64,000 nucleotides of DNA, from contig CAYWDX010000002.1 of NCBI GenBank assembly GCA_964456235.1, positions 142,061 to 206,060 of the forward strand. The letters run 5' to 3'. Positions 17,891-27,537 of the stretch are shown here, piece after piece (position 1 is the stretch's first letter; each line of letters starts with the position of its first letter). The notes below the pieces were generated by a model. It saw only the letters and a program-made list of their open reading frames with translations, did not search any database and had not been told where the DNA came from. Source of the stretch: an uncultured Candidatus Saccharibacteria bacterium. Its GTDB lineage: Bacteria > Patescibacteriota > Minisyncoccia > UBA6257 > 2-01-FULL-56-20. The translations under genes and the position numbers were made by a program.

Positions 17891-18982
17891 ATGCATTTTT
17901 ACTACGCGTGGAAAAATGGCGGGCACCAAAAAAAATTTACGACTGGCGTGTCGCTCCACGGGCACACGGCGGATTCAAGGGAGAGTTTGGCGTTTTTGCC
18001 GGTCGTGATCCAACAGACCTACTTCTTACCCTCCCTCCTCCGCGTGCTTGAGAAAAACTATCGAATCCAGTACAAAACAAAGCTCGACTACGCCCAAGGG
18101 TATTGGACCTCGCCCGTCCCTACCGAAGCAGCTTACATCCTCGAAGAAAAACAGATTATTGACCAGGGACTCATGCCGCTCGTTTCGATTACGAACCACG
18201 ACGAGATCTCCGCATGTAAAAATATCATCTCGCTTGAGTGGACCGCACCCTACAACCAGAGTGTATTCCACGTCGGCATCCATAATTTGCCGAAAACAAA
18301 ATCGGCAGGATTGCTGAAGCAGCTGCATCGCGCAACCGAAGAACATAATAATGTGCTCGTGCGCGAGGCGCTCGCCGCAGTCGCGGCCCATCCGGGCACG
18401 CTTATTGTCTTAAACCATCCCCTCACCGACCAAGGGCGCATTGGCCAATCAATGCTCGCCGAGCTCGCCGAAGATTTTATGACGTATTGCAAGCCATACA
18501 TCCATGCGCTGGAGATCAACGCACTCCAGCCGTGGGCGGTGAACCAGCGAGTCATCAAGCTCGCGGAAAAATGGTCATTGCCGCTCGTCGCCGGCGGCGA
18601 TCGCCACGGCTTTGAACCGAGCGGCGCGATCAATCTTACGAATGCCAAAACGTTTAAAGAATTTGCGCGCGAAGTGCGTGATGAAAAGAAAAGTGTAATT
18701 CTTTTTATGCCGCAGTTTCGGAAATCGATCGCGATCCGCTACGGGCATGAAATTGAGGACATTATGGCGACCTATCCCACGCTCGGCAAACGGGCGCGCT
18801 GGCACGATCGCGTATTTTACATGTGTCCCGACGGCGTAACCCGCTCGGTCACCGAAATGACCGGTAAAAACTCTCGCCTCCTCACGCGCACGAAGCACAT
18901 CGTGACCGCACTCGAACTCGCGAACCTGGTGGCGAAACCGCTCGGGCCGGCGTTCGCGAAAATCAGGAGTGCTTCTCTTTAG
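17891..18982 (+). CDS. putative PHP-domain metal-dependent phosphoesterase
   Basis: SLHGHTADS near the N-terminus and LVAGGDRHGFEP later resemble the PHP His/Asp metal motifs. No closer assignment. Confidence 0.4.
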   Translation: MHFYYAWKNGGHQKKFTTGVSLHGHTADSRESLAFLPVVIQQTYFLPSLLRVLEKNYRIQYKTKLDYAQGYWTSPVPTEAAYILEEKQIIDQGLMPLVSITNHDEISACKNIISLEWTAPYNQSVFHVGIHNLPKTKSAGLLKQLHRATEEHNNVLVREALAAVAAHPGTLIVLNHPLTDQGRIGQSMLAELAEDFMTYCKPYIHALEINALQPWAVNQRVIKLAEKWSLPLVAGGDRHGFEPSGAINLTNAKTFKEFAREVRDEKKSVILFMPQFRKSIAIRYGHEIEDIMATYPTLGKRARWHDRVFYMCPDGVTRSVTEMTGKNSRLLTRTKHIVTALELANLVAKPLGPAFAKIRSASL

Positions 18983-18994
18983 AAGATTTTAATT

Positions 18995-19025
18995 AAAAAT
19001 TCCGGCACTGGTGCCGGAATTTTTA
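18995..19025. terminator. bidirectional intrinsic terminator (perfect 10-bp stem)
   Basis: AAAAATTCCGGCAC-tg-GTGCCGGAATTTTT. Confidence 0.75.
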
Positions 19026-19029
19026 ATCA

Positions 19030-19392
19030 CTATTTAATGTGACGCGCGCCACCACCACCCGTATTCGGGAGACCTGGCGTACCGTTCACCGCAACTGACG
19101 CGGCGCGACTCGCCAGGAGAGCGATCGTGCCATTGATGGAACCGAGCGTTCCGCGGATCGCCGCCAGACTGTCACTGACGCCCGACGCGTTCGCTATCGT
19201 TCCGGCATCAAGACGATTCTGGACGATGACGAGCGATGAGCCGAGCACGAAAAGTCCCTGCTCAAGCGCCGTGGTGTTTGAAGCACCAATCGCATCGGAT
19301 GCGCTCACGGTCTGGGCAGAAGTTTGTGCGTGCGCAGCCGAAACCATAAACCCCGCCGCGAGAAACCCGATGATCGCGAGAAATATTTTCAT
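19030..19392 (-). CDS. small secreted protein ending in an LPNTG-like motif
   Basis: Internal start MKIFLAIIGFLAAGFMVSAAHAQ (signal peptide). C-terminus is ...GTPGLPNTGGGGARHIK*, with no hydrophobic anchor after LPNTG. Confidence 0.45.
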   Translation of the reverse strand: MKIFLAIIGFLAAGFMVSAAHAQTSAQTVSASDAIGASNTTALEQGLFVLGSSLVIVQNRLDAGTIANASGVSDSLAAIRGTLGSINGTIALLASRAASVAVNGTPGLPNTGGGGARHIK

Positions 19393-19550
19393 CGTAATTG
19401 ATTGATCGTAATTTCCTTGCTCGACCTTTGCATTCATGGAAACGGTTGCGTAGTGAACTGAAAATGAACGCCGTGCAGGCACGCTAATTCACCTCCGCTT
19501 CACCAAGTCAAAACTGGAAAAGTTTCTCGCGGCGGGTATAATGGGTTCTA

Positions 19551-20771
19551 TTGACTGAAACCATCCGGCATATCGCCGTTGCCTCACTCGCGGCGATCAT
19601 AGGAGCGCTCCACGCCGTGCAACCGGTGGCCCAAGCGCCGCTCACCCCAGCAGTAATTTCCTCAGACCAAACGATAGCGCAGACCGCTATTGTTTCGGCG
19701 ATCATGTCGAACATCCCCATCGAGTTATTGCCGAGTGCGCCGAGCGGCACGACCTTACTACCTTCGACATTCGCCACCTCCACCCGCGCCACGACCATCG
19801 GCCGCCTCCCGGTGATAAAACTTAATAAATTTTTAATCAACGGCAGCACCGCAGGATTCACGACGGGAACCGGAACCGTGCGCACGACCGCAGGAAGCAC
19901 CCCGAGCGTGGCAGCGGCCACCGCGAATATCGCAAACGCATCGCAACTCTTGACGAACGCGACGGCGACGCTCCAGCAGCACCTCGGCGATGTCTTTGCG
20001 GTCCTGTTCAAACTGGGGAGCGGTATTGGCGGATATCGTTGGAATTATGGCGATGCGACGATTGCGCCGGGTGGGAAGCTTGGGCCACAATTTTCTGCGA
20101 CGTATAATTGCGACCCACCAGCAACCGACGAAGGATATTTTGCATTAAATACGTCGTACACTTGCACGCTCACCGTAAATCCGCTGACCGGCAGCGACCG
20201 GCGCATCCAATCAAAAGACTTCAAATTTAAAACGGGCGGCGGCCAGCTCACGGCATTCATCCCACCCTCGGCAAGCGTACATCTCGTGAGCGACGAAGAC
20301 GACGGCGGCTTCGCGTTTAAAAACAGCGACACGCGCCCCGTCACGATAACTTCTGAAAGTTTTGATGTCTCGTTCACCGGTTTGAGCGTGAACGATGGAC
20401 CGGTCGTGTTGCGCCTGGTTGATCCGCACGATATCACCAATTATCTCGACTACCACATGGAAACGTTTTCGCCCGATCCCAACCGCCAATTTAGCTACGC
20501 CGGGCATGTAACCCTCGCCTTCCCTATTGTGGTCGGCGCGGGAAATCAGAAATTATTGCCGGTTGATGTGCTTGGCGTCCACAAACTAAGTATCACCGGA
20601 TATGATCCAACGATCCGCATAACCCTGCGCAGCGTGACGACGGACCGGCCTGATCTACCCGTCAATCTCGGGGCGCCCACGGTCATGTGGAGCTGCAAGG
20701 TGGTGATTGGTTCCTATGATCCGAATGTAACGAGCAGCGCGTTCGCAACCGGCGAAGCGTGCACCAATTAA
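19551..20771 (+). CDS. hypothetical secreted protein (406 aa)
   Basis: N-terminal hydrophobic signal (IAVASLAAIIGALHAVQPVAQA), Thr/Ala-rich region, two Cys pairs. No family recognised. Confidence 0.5.
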   Translation: MTETIRHIAVASLAAIIGALHAVQPVAQAPLTPAVISSDQTIAQTAIVSAIMSNIPIELLPSAPSGTTLLPSTFATSTRATTIGRLPVIKLNKFLINGSTAGFTTGTGTVRTTAGSTPSVAAATANIANASQLLTNATATLQQHLGDVFAVLFKLGSGIGGYRWNYGDATIAPGGKLGPQFSATYNCDPPATDEGYFALNTSYTCTLTVNPLTGSDRRIQSKDFKFKTGGGQLTAFIPPSASVHLVSDEDDGGFAFKNSDTRPVTITSESFDVSFTGLSVNDGPVVLRLVDPHDITNYLDYHMETFSPDPNRQFSYAGHVTLAFPIVVGAGNQKLLPVDVLGVHKLSITGYDPTIRITLRSVTTDRPDLPVNLGAPTVMWSCKVVIGSYDPNVTSSAFATGEACTN

Positions 20772-20902
20772 AATTTCATTAAAATTAGACGGCCGCCAGC
20801 ATAAAGAGCGCGGCTGCGAACTTGGTTGCGCCGCCTGCTCGGCATGGTAGGATGCAGGCAGAACGTTACCATACGTCCGACTGCAGCAAGGAGCAGTACT
20901 TC

Positions 20903-21754
20903 ATGGAAAAACTGTTGCGTCTCCCAGCCGTTACCGACGCGGAATCCTTGGAGTCCTTGGTATCGCTCCTGAGAGCGGTCACGAGATTCCTTCGATACAT
21001 TCATGTTTCGGTGGACTACGACCGGCGAGTCGCGGCTCACACGAAAGCTCTCAGGGCGCACGGGACAGCCGAATTGTTGATGAGCCTACTTCCGGTCGTG
21101 AGCGCCTTCGTGGAGATGGAGCGCGATTGGAGCGAGGCGGTCATCAACGAAGACCTTCACCTGTTTCGCCGCCCATTCCTCAATCTCTTGTTTCGGCGCC
21201 TCGGCGAGGCGGACCAGAACCAGGAGGCGGTGCGAAACCTCTTCCCGCTCTATGTCCTCTGCTGGGACTACGATCGGGTCAAGAAACTGAACAGTCGCTG
21301 CGGAGGGAATTATCCGATGGCGAATATGATCCTCTCTGGCGGGAACAAGATCCTACGAGCAGTGGCACGAGGCCACCCGTCGGCTGCTCCGGGCAACCGA
21401 CTGGCATCGGATGCATCTGCAACCGAGGTTCGGCTGCCAGATATTCCGTGCCAATTCCAAAGCGGCGACGAGAACGTCCTGGTACTCCCCTATGCACGAA
21501 GCATGGCCGACGCCCTACGCGTAGGTGAACGGTTTCAGGAAAAACTTGCGGAGCAGCCGCTCATCGGGCACAGCGGGGAAACCGGGAAAGGGCGCCGTAT
21601 CGTACGGTGGAATCTTTCAGCGAAGATCGCCTGCTGCGAGATCACCCACCTGGGACCCGACGTAAAACCGGGAAGGATCATAGGCAGCTCTTTCGAGCAG
21701 ATCCACGACCTCAAGGGATCAGGCCTCGGAAGAGGAAACGAGTCAGCCTTCTGA
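20903..21754 (+). CDS. hypothetical cytoplasmic protein
   Basis: Start chosen at MEKLLRLP with AAGGAG 7 nt upstream. The ORF-track start at 20822 is an in-frame extension. Confidence 0.5.
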   Translation: MEKLLRLPAVTDAESLESLVSLLRAVTRFLRYIHVSVDYDRRVAAHTKALRAHGTAELLMSLLPVVSAFVEMERDWSEAVINEDLHLFRRPFLNLLFRRLGEADQNQEAVRNLFPLYVLCWDYDRVKKLNSRCGGNYPMANMILSGGNKILRAVARGHPSAAPGNRLASDASATEVRLPDIPCQFQSGDENVLVLPYARSMADALRVGERFQEKLAEQPLIGHSGETGKGRRIVRWNLSAKIACCEITHLGPDVKPGRIIGSSFEQIHDLKGSGLGRGNESAF

Positions 21755-21770
21755 ATCCTGCTAAGCATCC

Positions 21771-21803
21771 GCCGCCGGCACTCCGTGCCGGCGGCTTTTT
21801 TAT
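21771..21803 (+). terminator. intrinsic terminator
   Basis: GCCGCCGGCAC-tcc-GTGCCGGCGGC-TTTTTTAT. Confidence 0.75.
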
Positions 21804-21889
21804 AATTTTTTAATGAAAATTAAATTAATAAAAAATGAAAACCGGTCCAGGGGTGGGCCGGCAAAAAAGGTTGAGGTGTTGGTTTCGTT

Positions 21890-22099
21890 TTAGATGCGGG
21901 ACGGAAGAGACCCCGTCGGCCGACATCGTTTGTCGATTTCCTGCTGGAGCTCGGCGACCAACACATCCGGAGTGATACGATTTCCGTGTGGATGCCGCCT
22001 GGCAACGGCGATCGCCGCCGCTTCGAGTTTCGACTTCGTGAGTCCGGGACAGTAATCTTGGAGGGAGCGGTAAAGCAACTGTTCAAATTCCTTGCACAT
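21890..22099 (-). CDS. small hypothetical protein (~69 aa)
   Basis: Start at MCKEFEQLL... with AAGGAG 12 nt upstream. Confidence 0.4.
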   Translation of the reverse strand: MCKEFEQLLYRSLQDYCPGLTKSKLEAAAIAVARRHPHGNRITPDVLVAELQQEIDKRCRPTGSLPSRI

Positions 22100-22142
22100 G
22101 TAGCAGGAACTCCTTATGGGGCTGGAATAAGTGCCGAAGGTT

Positions 22143-22694
22143 TTATATCCGACTTTCGGCAATCTGTCCACCCTGCGAGAAGTGACGCCGGGCGCGCGAA
22201 AGCAATTCCTGCTGCACCATCTTGGCTTTGTGGCGCGCGATGGCGGGCAGCGTGATCATCGAATGTTCGGAATCGCGATCGGCGCCAGTCATGAAAATGA
22301 TGACCTCGCTCACGCCGAGTAATCGGTTCATCGGCGAACGATTAATGTTCACGTTTTGGATTTGATGATAGAGCGCGGCGACTTCCTTCCGCATGGCGAT
22401 GCCGGTCGTCATGACAAACGCCTCATTGCTAAACGTATAGGTATTCGCGCGATATTCAATATAGGCGAGGATGCCCAAGAGCACCGTGAGCGCGATCGCA
22501 GCGACGAGCGTCACCTGGCCCGCATAAGCAATCCAGGGCGCCACATCAGGGGATGCGAACGAAGAGGCGTACGTGGCAAGGGCAGCAATGCAAAAGAAAA
22601 TAAGCGGGATTTTCATTTTCCGAAGCAAGATGAGCAAGAAGGCGCGCTGGCCAAAAAAATGGATGCGCTGGCCCTGAAATTGGTCGGTCGTCAT
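22143..22694 (-). CDS. membrane protein with bacterial PH-like (YdbT/bPH_2-type) domain
   Basis: Two N-terminal TM helices followed by a ~100-aa soluble domain, the architecture of membrane-flanked bPH proteins. Confidence 0.45.
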   Translation of the reverse strand: MTTDQFQGQRIHFFGQRAFLLILLRKMKIPLIFFCIAALATYASSFASPDVAPWIAYAGQVTLVAAIALTVLLGILAYIEYRANTYTFSNEAFVMTTGIAMRKEVAALYHQIQNVNINRSPMNRLLGVSEVIIFMTGADRDSEHSMITLPAIARHKAKMVQQELLSRARRHFSQGGQIAESRI

Positions 22695-22720
22695 ATAAAT
22701 GTTGCTATAATTATAACATC

Positions 22721-23176
22721 ATGCAGGCATCCCGAATTCCTCACACGCTGAAGCTAACGATCCTCCTGCTGCGCCTCGCTCTCGGCCTAAACTTTTTCTA
22801 TTTTGGCGCGAGCACGCTTTTCTCTGCGTTTGGTAAGAGTCCCGTGCCGCCGCTCATTTCATTTTCAGCAACCGTGAGCGCGCCCTTCAGCGCGTCGCTG
22901 CCCGCAGCATTTTGGCCATGGGTTTCGCTCATCATAGGCGCCTGCCTGGTATTCGGATTTTTCACCCGCGTCGCATCGATCGCCGGCATCGTCCTCATCC
23001 TTCTTAGCTACAATCCCTTTGCCGGTGGCACGCCATTTTCCCTGTGGCATCTCGCCAATACCGGGACGCTCGTCGTCTTGTGCTTCCTCATCCTCCTATT
23101 TTCGAACGCGGGAGAATATTTTGGCCTCGACCGATTTATTCATTTGCGAGTCTCCAAAAATAAGGAGAAATATTAG
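22721..23176 (+). CDS. DoxX-family membrane protein
   Basis: 151 aa, four TM helices, LRLALGLNFFYFGASTLFSAFG N-terminal helix typical of DoxX. Confidence 0.55.
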   Translation: MQASRIPHTLKLTILLLRLALGLNFFYFGASTLFSAFGKSPVPPLISFSATVSAPFSASLPAAFWPWVSLIIGACLVFGFFTRVASIAGIVLILLSYNPFAGGTPFSLWHLANTGTLVVLCFLILLFSNAGEYFGLDRFIHLRVSKNKEKY

Positions 23177-23225
23177 GGATCTTTTCTTTCATATTCCTTT
23201 CATAAACCTTCGGCATGATGAAGGT

Positions 23226-23597
23226 ATGCTTTTAGTCGTTGATGATAACCGGCGTGCAGCGCAGGCCCTCGGAAAACTTCTTTCGAAGGATGGCTATGAA
23301 GTGACCGTTGCCTATGATGGCGAAGCGGCGCTTTCGATTGCCCAACAGACGAAGCCGGATGCGATCATTTTAGATATTGATCTGCCAGGGAAAAATGGCT
23401 ACGAAGTAGCGCGTGCGTTGAAGTACGAATTAAACTGTCCTGCCACACTCATCGCCCTCACTGGTTATTACGGCCAGCTCGAGGATAAGGATGAGGCGCG
23501 GGATGCAGGGTTCGACTACCATCTCACGAAGCCGGTTTTGGTCGCTGACATTGAAAAACTGCTTAATAAACCGAAGCCCCACGCGCAAGAACACTAG
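23226..23597 (+). CDS. single-domain response regulator (CheY-like receiver)
   Basis: MLLVVDDNRRAAQALGKLL...DAIILDIDLPGKNGYEV...LIALTGY...HLTKP: the receiver D-D-K residues are present. Confidence 0.7.
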   Translation: MLLVVDDNRRAAQALGKLLSKDGYEVTVAYDGEAALSIAQQTKPDAIILDIDLPGKNGYEVARALKYELNCPATLIALTGYYGQLEDKDEARDAGFDYHLTKPVLVADIEKLLNKPKPHAQEH

Positions 23598-23671
23598 GAG
23601 CGGCAGTTATTAAGTATTCATTAAAACGGCGTGACAAATCGCCCGCGGGGTGCATAGTATAAGGCATATCG

Positions 23672-23685
23672 ATCTTCATGAAGAT
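23672..23685. promoter_or_regulatory. perfect 14-bp palindrome ATCTTCATGAAGAT upstream of the OmpR-type regulator gene; candidate operator
   Basis: Exact dyad symmetry read directly from the sequence, ~40 bp before the ATG at 23727, next to a TATAAG -10-like element. Confidence 0.3.
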
Positions 23686-23726
23686 TTCATAGATTGGTCG
23701 TTACCTTTGATATATAAATTGAAAAT

Positions 23727-24404
23727 ATGAGAATCCTGATCATTGAAGACGAAGAAAAGCTGGCGCAGTCACTGAAAAGGGGGTTCGAAAAAAACGGCTA
23801 CGCCGTGGACTATCTCATGGACGGCGAATCCGGCCTGCGTCGCTTGGAGGTTTCACATGGCGACTATGACCTCGTGATCCTTGACCTCATGCTTCCGAAG
23901 AAAACGGGCTTTGAGGTGTGTAAAGAACTTCGCGCGCAGAGCATCATGATTCCCGTACTCATTTTGACCGCGCGCGATTTGATGAATGACAAGGTGAGCG
24001 CGCTCGATGCTGGCGGCGACGACTATCTCGTGAAACCATTTTCCTTCGATGAATTGCTCGCCCGGGTGCGCGCGCTCCTTCGGCGTCCCGCGCAGGGGTT
24101 CGTCGCGGAACTCGCGGTCGGCGATATCGTATTGAAACCGGCGGAACGGGAGGTCTATTGCGCAGGACAGCGCGTTGATCTTACTCTTAAGGAGTTCGAG
24201 CTTCTCCAGCACTTGATGCGGCACCCGGGCGAAGTGTTGAACCGCGAAGAAATCTACGCTCACCTCTGGGATTTCGCGGACAACTCGATGAGCAACACGA
24301 TCGACGTGCACGTCAAAAATCTGCGCAGGAAGCTCGGCGACCGCAACCGCGATGAAAAATTGGTTGAAACGATTCGGGGCGTGGGTTATCGCCTCAAGAA
24401 ATAA
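23727..24404 (+). CDS. OmpR/PhoB-family response regulator
   Basis: MRILIIEDEEKLA...LVILDLMLPKKTG...(receiver) and ...LKEFELLQHLMRHPGEVLNREEI...IRGVGYRL (winged helix). Confidence 0.85.
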   Translation: MRILIIEDEEKLAQSLKRGFEKNGYAVDYLMDGESGLRRLEVSHGDYDLVILDLMLPKKTGFEVCKELRAQSIMIPVLILTARDLMNDKVSALDAGGDDYLVKPFSFDELLARVRALLRRPAQGFVAELAVGDIVLKPAEREVYCAGQRVDLTLKEFELLQHLMRHPGEVLNREEIYAHLWDFADNSMSNTIDVHVKNLRRKLGDRNRDEKLVETIRGVGYRLKK

Positions 24405-25476
24405 ACTCGTCGGCGGCGACCTGTTCGCAACCGCCCGTTTTAAAATAATTTTCTGGTACGCGGTCGTCGGCCTCATCATCCTCGCCGTGGCCGGCGCGCT
24501 CGTCTACACCTACCTTATCACGACGATTCAGCACACCGTGGCGACGATCCAATCGCTCCTCTTCTCGCCTCATGCCATCAACGACCAAGCCACGTCGGCC
24601 GCTATCACCAATTCAATAAACGCAGACCTCGAAAAGATGAGTGTCGTCGTGGGCGGCTGGATCGTCTTCACGATGGTCCTTTCGGCGTACGTGCTTTCTG
24701 AAATTATTTTGTGGCCAATCCGCCGCGCGATGAGCCGCCAAAAGCGTTTTATCGCCGATGTTTCGCATGAACTGCGCACGCCGCTTTCGGTAATGCGCAT
24801 GACTACGGAAGTTGCGTTAATGGAATATCCACTGGAAGGATCCCCAACGGGCGAGGAACGTCCGCATGCCCATGAGCTCGTCGAGGCGATGCGTAATAAT
24901 CTCGAGGAAGTCGATCGGATGACGAGGGTGACACAATTCCTACTCGATTTCTCGAATCCTGAACGTCGGCGCGCCACGTACGAGCGCGCGCCCGTTGACG
25001 TAACCGAAGTCGCCCACACGACAACGAAATCCATGTTGCCGCTTGCCGCTGGTAAAAATATTACTTTGACGTTTCTCGAGCCTGCGGAACGGATAGCCGT
25101 GCTCGGCAATACCACTGCGATCGGTGAACTGCTCACCAACCTCATAAAAAATGCGGTCGCCTACACGCCCCAGGGCGGCAGCGTATCGGTACACATTTCC
25201 CGCACCGGGAGGCGCTGGGGCGATAGCGTAACGCTCTCGGTCAAAGATACCGGCATCGGCATTCCGCCAGAAGATTTGCCAAATATTTTTGAGCCATTTT
25301 ACCGAGCCATGAATGCGCGCAGGGACGGCAGCTCGACGAACAGCGGCTTAGGCCTTGCTATCGTGAGAGATATTGCAGAAATGCACGGCGCAACCATTGC
25401 TACGAAGAGCGAAGTTGGCAAAGGCACTTCAATTTCCATAAGTTTCCCGGCATTTTCACGAAAGCTTCACAATTGA
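24352..25476 (+). CDS. sensor histidine kinase (two TM helices, HisKA, HATPase_c)
   Basis: H-box FIADVSHELRTPLSVM, then N, G1 (DTGIGI) and G2 (GLGLAIV) boxes. The first ATG overlaps the regulator's 3' end by 53 nt, with no alternative in-frame start after the regulator stop. Confidence 0.8.
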   Translation: MKNWLKRFGAWVIASRNKLVGGDLFATARFKIIFWYAVVGLIILAVAGALVYTYLITTIQHTVATIQSLLFSPHAINDQATSAAITNSINADLEKMSVVVGGWIVFTMVLSAYVLSEIILWPIRRAMSRQKRFIADVSHELRTPLSVMRMTTEVALMEYPLEGSPTGEERPHAHELVEAMRNNLEEVDRMTRVTQFLLDFSNPERRRATYERAPVDVTEVAHTTTKSMLPLAAGKNITLTFLEPAERIAVLGNTTAIGELLTNLIKNAVAYTPQGGSVSVHISRTGRRWGDSVTLSVKDTGIGIPPEDLPNIFEPFYRAMNARRDGSSTNSGLGLAIVRDIAEMHGATIATKSEVGKGTSISISFPAFSRKLHN

Positions 25477-25797
25477 TCGTGTAGAGTGTCCGGATGGTGC
25501 GCGCGCGGCCACCAAATCACCACCCATAAAGGTCGGGAGTAGTAATAAAAACAAAAAAATCACGACTACCGTGAACCAACGTTCTCACTCTCCCTAAACA
25601 TTGCCCATTGAAACGTCAATAATGAAATATAGTTGGGGTGCTCTTCCTCACGGACAACGCGAAAACAGCGGCCATTAGCCAGCTGTTTTCGTTGAGACGT
25701 AGCTTCATGAATGAAGTCGGCTGTGCTCGAATAGGGCGCTAAAAAATGCCGCCGCATCGGTCTTCATTTTTTAATAAAAAATTAATATAATGGCCGG

Positions 25798-26874
25798 GTG
25801 GAAATCCTAGCGATTGAAACTTCGTGCGATGAAACCGGCATTGCGCTCCTTCGTGCGACCGGCGGCTTGCGCGCCCCACGGTTTGAGGTCGTCGAGAACC
25901 TCGTCGCCTCGCAAATCGCCATCCATCGGCCCTTTGGCGGCGTGGTTCCCAACCTCGCGAAACGCGAGCATTTAAAAAATCTTCCGGTCCTACTTCATGA
26001 ACTCCTCGAACGGCTCGAAAAGAAGGGGCGTCGCGGGGCGCAACCATTTGCGCCGGACCTCATTGCGGTGACCGTAGGGCCGGGGCTTGAGCCGGCGCTC
26101 TGGACCGGCATCACGTTCGCAAAAGAATTAGCAAAGCGGTATCGGGCGCCCCTCGTCGGGGTAAATCATCTCGAGGGGCATCTCTATAGTTTTTTGCTGC
26201 CCTCGCGGTCATCGGAAGGATACGCATCCGCGCTTATGCCGGGCCGACATAAACTTTTTCCCGCAATCGCGCTCATCGTTTCGGGCGGTCACACGATTCT
26301 CTTGCGGATGGAATCGTTTTCAAAGTGGCGGCGACTCGGGGAAACACGAGACGACGCGGCCGGCGAAGCCTACGACAAAGTGGCGCGCCTCCTCGGCCTC
26401 CCCTATCCCGGCGGTCCAGAGATAGAGAAGCTCGCGCGCATTGGCAATCCATTCACCGCCACCTTCCCGCGTCCCATGCTTGATCAGAAAAACTACGACT
26501 TCAGCTTTTCCGGATTGAAAACATCCGTCCTCTACTATATGAAAGACCACCCAGCGACGCTTCGATCAGCGGCGCGGAAAGCAGACGTCGCGGCGAGCTT
26601 CGAGCAAGCGGTAATCGACGTGCTGGTTGCAAAAACGCGCCGCGCGGCGGAAGACTGCGCGGCGGAATCCATTTTGCTCTCTGGCGGCGTCGCTGCCAAC
26701 AAACATCTGCGCCGTTCGCTTTCCCGCATGGCCAGCCTGATCGGCGCGAACTGCTACGTCCCCGACTTTAAATACAATCTCGACAACGCCGCGATGATCG
26801 GCGCCGCCGGTTATTTTGCCCACCTGCGCAAAAAACGCTATCCGCTCCGCGCCAACGGCGCACTTGACATTTAG
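25798..26874 (+). CDS. tsaD: tRNA N6-adenosine threonylcarbamoyltransferase
   Basis: GTG start. VEILAIETSCDETGIALL...GVNHLEGHL...SGGVAANKHLR: Kae1/TsaD family. TATAAT at 25783–25788 is ~9 nt before the start codon. Confidence 0.85.
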   Translation: MEILAIETSCDETGIALLRATGGLRAPRFEVVENLVASQIAIHRPFGGVVPNLAKREHLKNLPVLLHELLERLEKKGRRGAQPFAPDLIAVTVGPGLEPALWTGITFAKELAKRYRAPLVGVNHLEGHLYSFLLPSRSSEGYASALMPGRHKLFPAIALIVSGGHTILLRMESFSKWRRLGETRDDAAGEAYDKVARLLGLPYPGGPEIEKLARIGNPFTATFPRPMLDQKNYDFSFSGLKTSVLYYMKDHPATLRSAARKADVAASFEQAVIDVLVAKTRRAAEDCAAESILLSGGVAANKHLRRSLSRMASLIGANCYVPDFKYNLDNAAMIGAAGYFAHLRKKRYPLRANGALDI

Positions 26875-26919
26875 GGAAAGAACTGTATAGTTTTTAGCAG
26901 AAATCTTAAGGAGGTGCTC

Positions 26920-27339
26920 ATGTACCACAAAGGCGAGGACCGGCCCGTAAGTCCGCTCTGGGTTGCCGCCTCGTTCCTGGGTTGGCGGATGCTCTGCATC
27001 ACGTGGACCATCGTGGTCGGAGTGCTCGTCGCGGTTGGCCCTTTGATCGCATTCGCGTCTCTCGCGTATTACCTGACAGGCCATGTCCCCGCCCTCGTGA
27101 GGGTCGCTACAGGGATCTGGTTTGCGGGGTTTGCTCTTTTCCGAGAGAGCTCCTGCGACCACGGCGATCCGAACAATATCCTCCTCGCACGGGCAGGAAC
27201 ATTGTTCATATGCTGTGGACTCGCCTTCCGAGCATTCGGTTTCGAGACGGGGCTCGCCATCACCTTCACGACGTGCGTGGCCGCCCTGATCGGCGCCTTG
27301 ATCAACGCCCTGGAGAACCGCAGATCCCCCACAACTTAA
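26920..27339 (+). CDS. hypothetical membrane protein (4 TM)
   Basis: AAGGAGGTG RBS 5 nt before the ATG at 26920. Preferred over the overlapping antisense 198-aa ORF. Confidence 0.45.
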   Translation: MYHKGEDRPVSPLWVAASFLGWRMLCITWTIVVGVLVAVGPLIAFASLAYYLTGHVPALVRVATGIWFAGFALFRESSCDHGDPNNILLARAGTLFICCGLAFRAFGFETGLAITFTTCVAALIGALINALENRRSPTT

Positions 27340-27353
27340 TGTGTCCGCCCCCG

Positions 27354-27409
27354 CCCCCGCCTCAGCTACCAGCAGTTGTTGGCTAGCTGAGGCGGGGGCT
27401 ATTTTTTTA
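27354..27409 (+). terminator. intrinsic terminator with a 15-bp stem
   Basis: CCCCCGCCTCAGCTA-(15-nt loop)-TAGCTGAGGCGGGGG-CTATTTTTTT. Confidence 0.75.
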
Positions 27410-27471
27410 AGAATCCTTTCATTAAGTTTTAATTAAAATTTCCTGAAAAATTTCTAATTCTAAAAAATCCA

Positions 27472-27506
27472 TCAGCGTAAGAAAAGCCCGCGCCTTCGGC
27501 GCGGGC
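27472..27506 (-). terminator. intrinsic terminator for the zinc-ribbon gene
   Basis: Minus strand: GCCCGCGCC-gaa-GGCGCGGGC-TTTTCTTAC. Confidence 0.7.
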
Positions 27507-27537
27507 TGATTTGTATCATTCTCATTCTCGCCGCCAA

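Noticed and set aside
21805-21860. Possible minus-strand terminator CCGG-cccacccc-tgga-CCGG
   Set aside because: Stem is only ~4 bp with a weak T-run; too weak to call.
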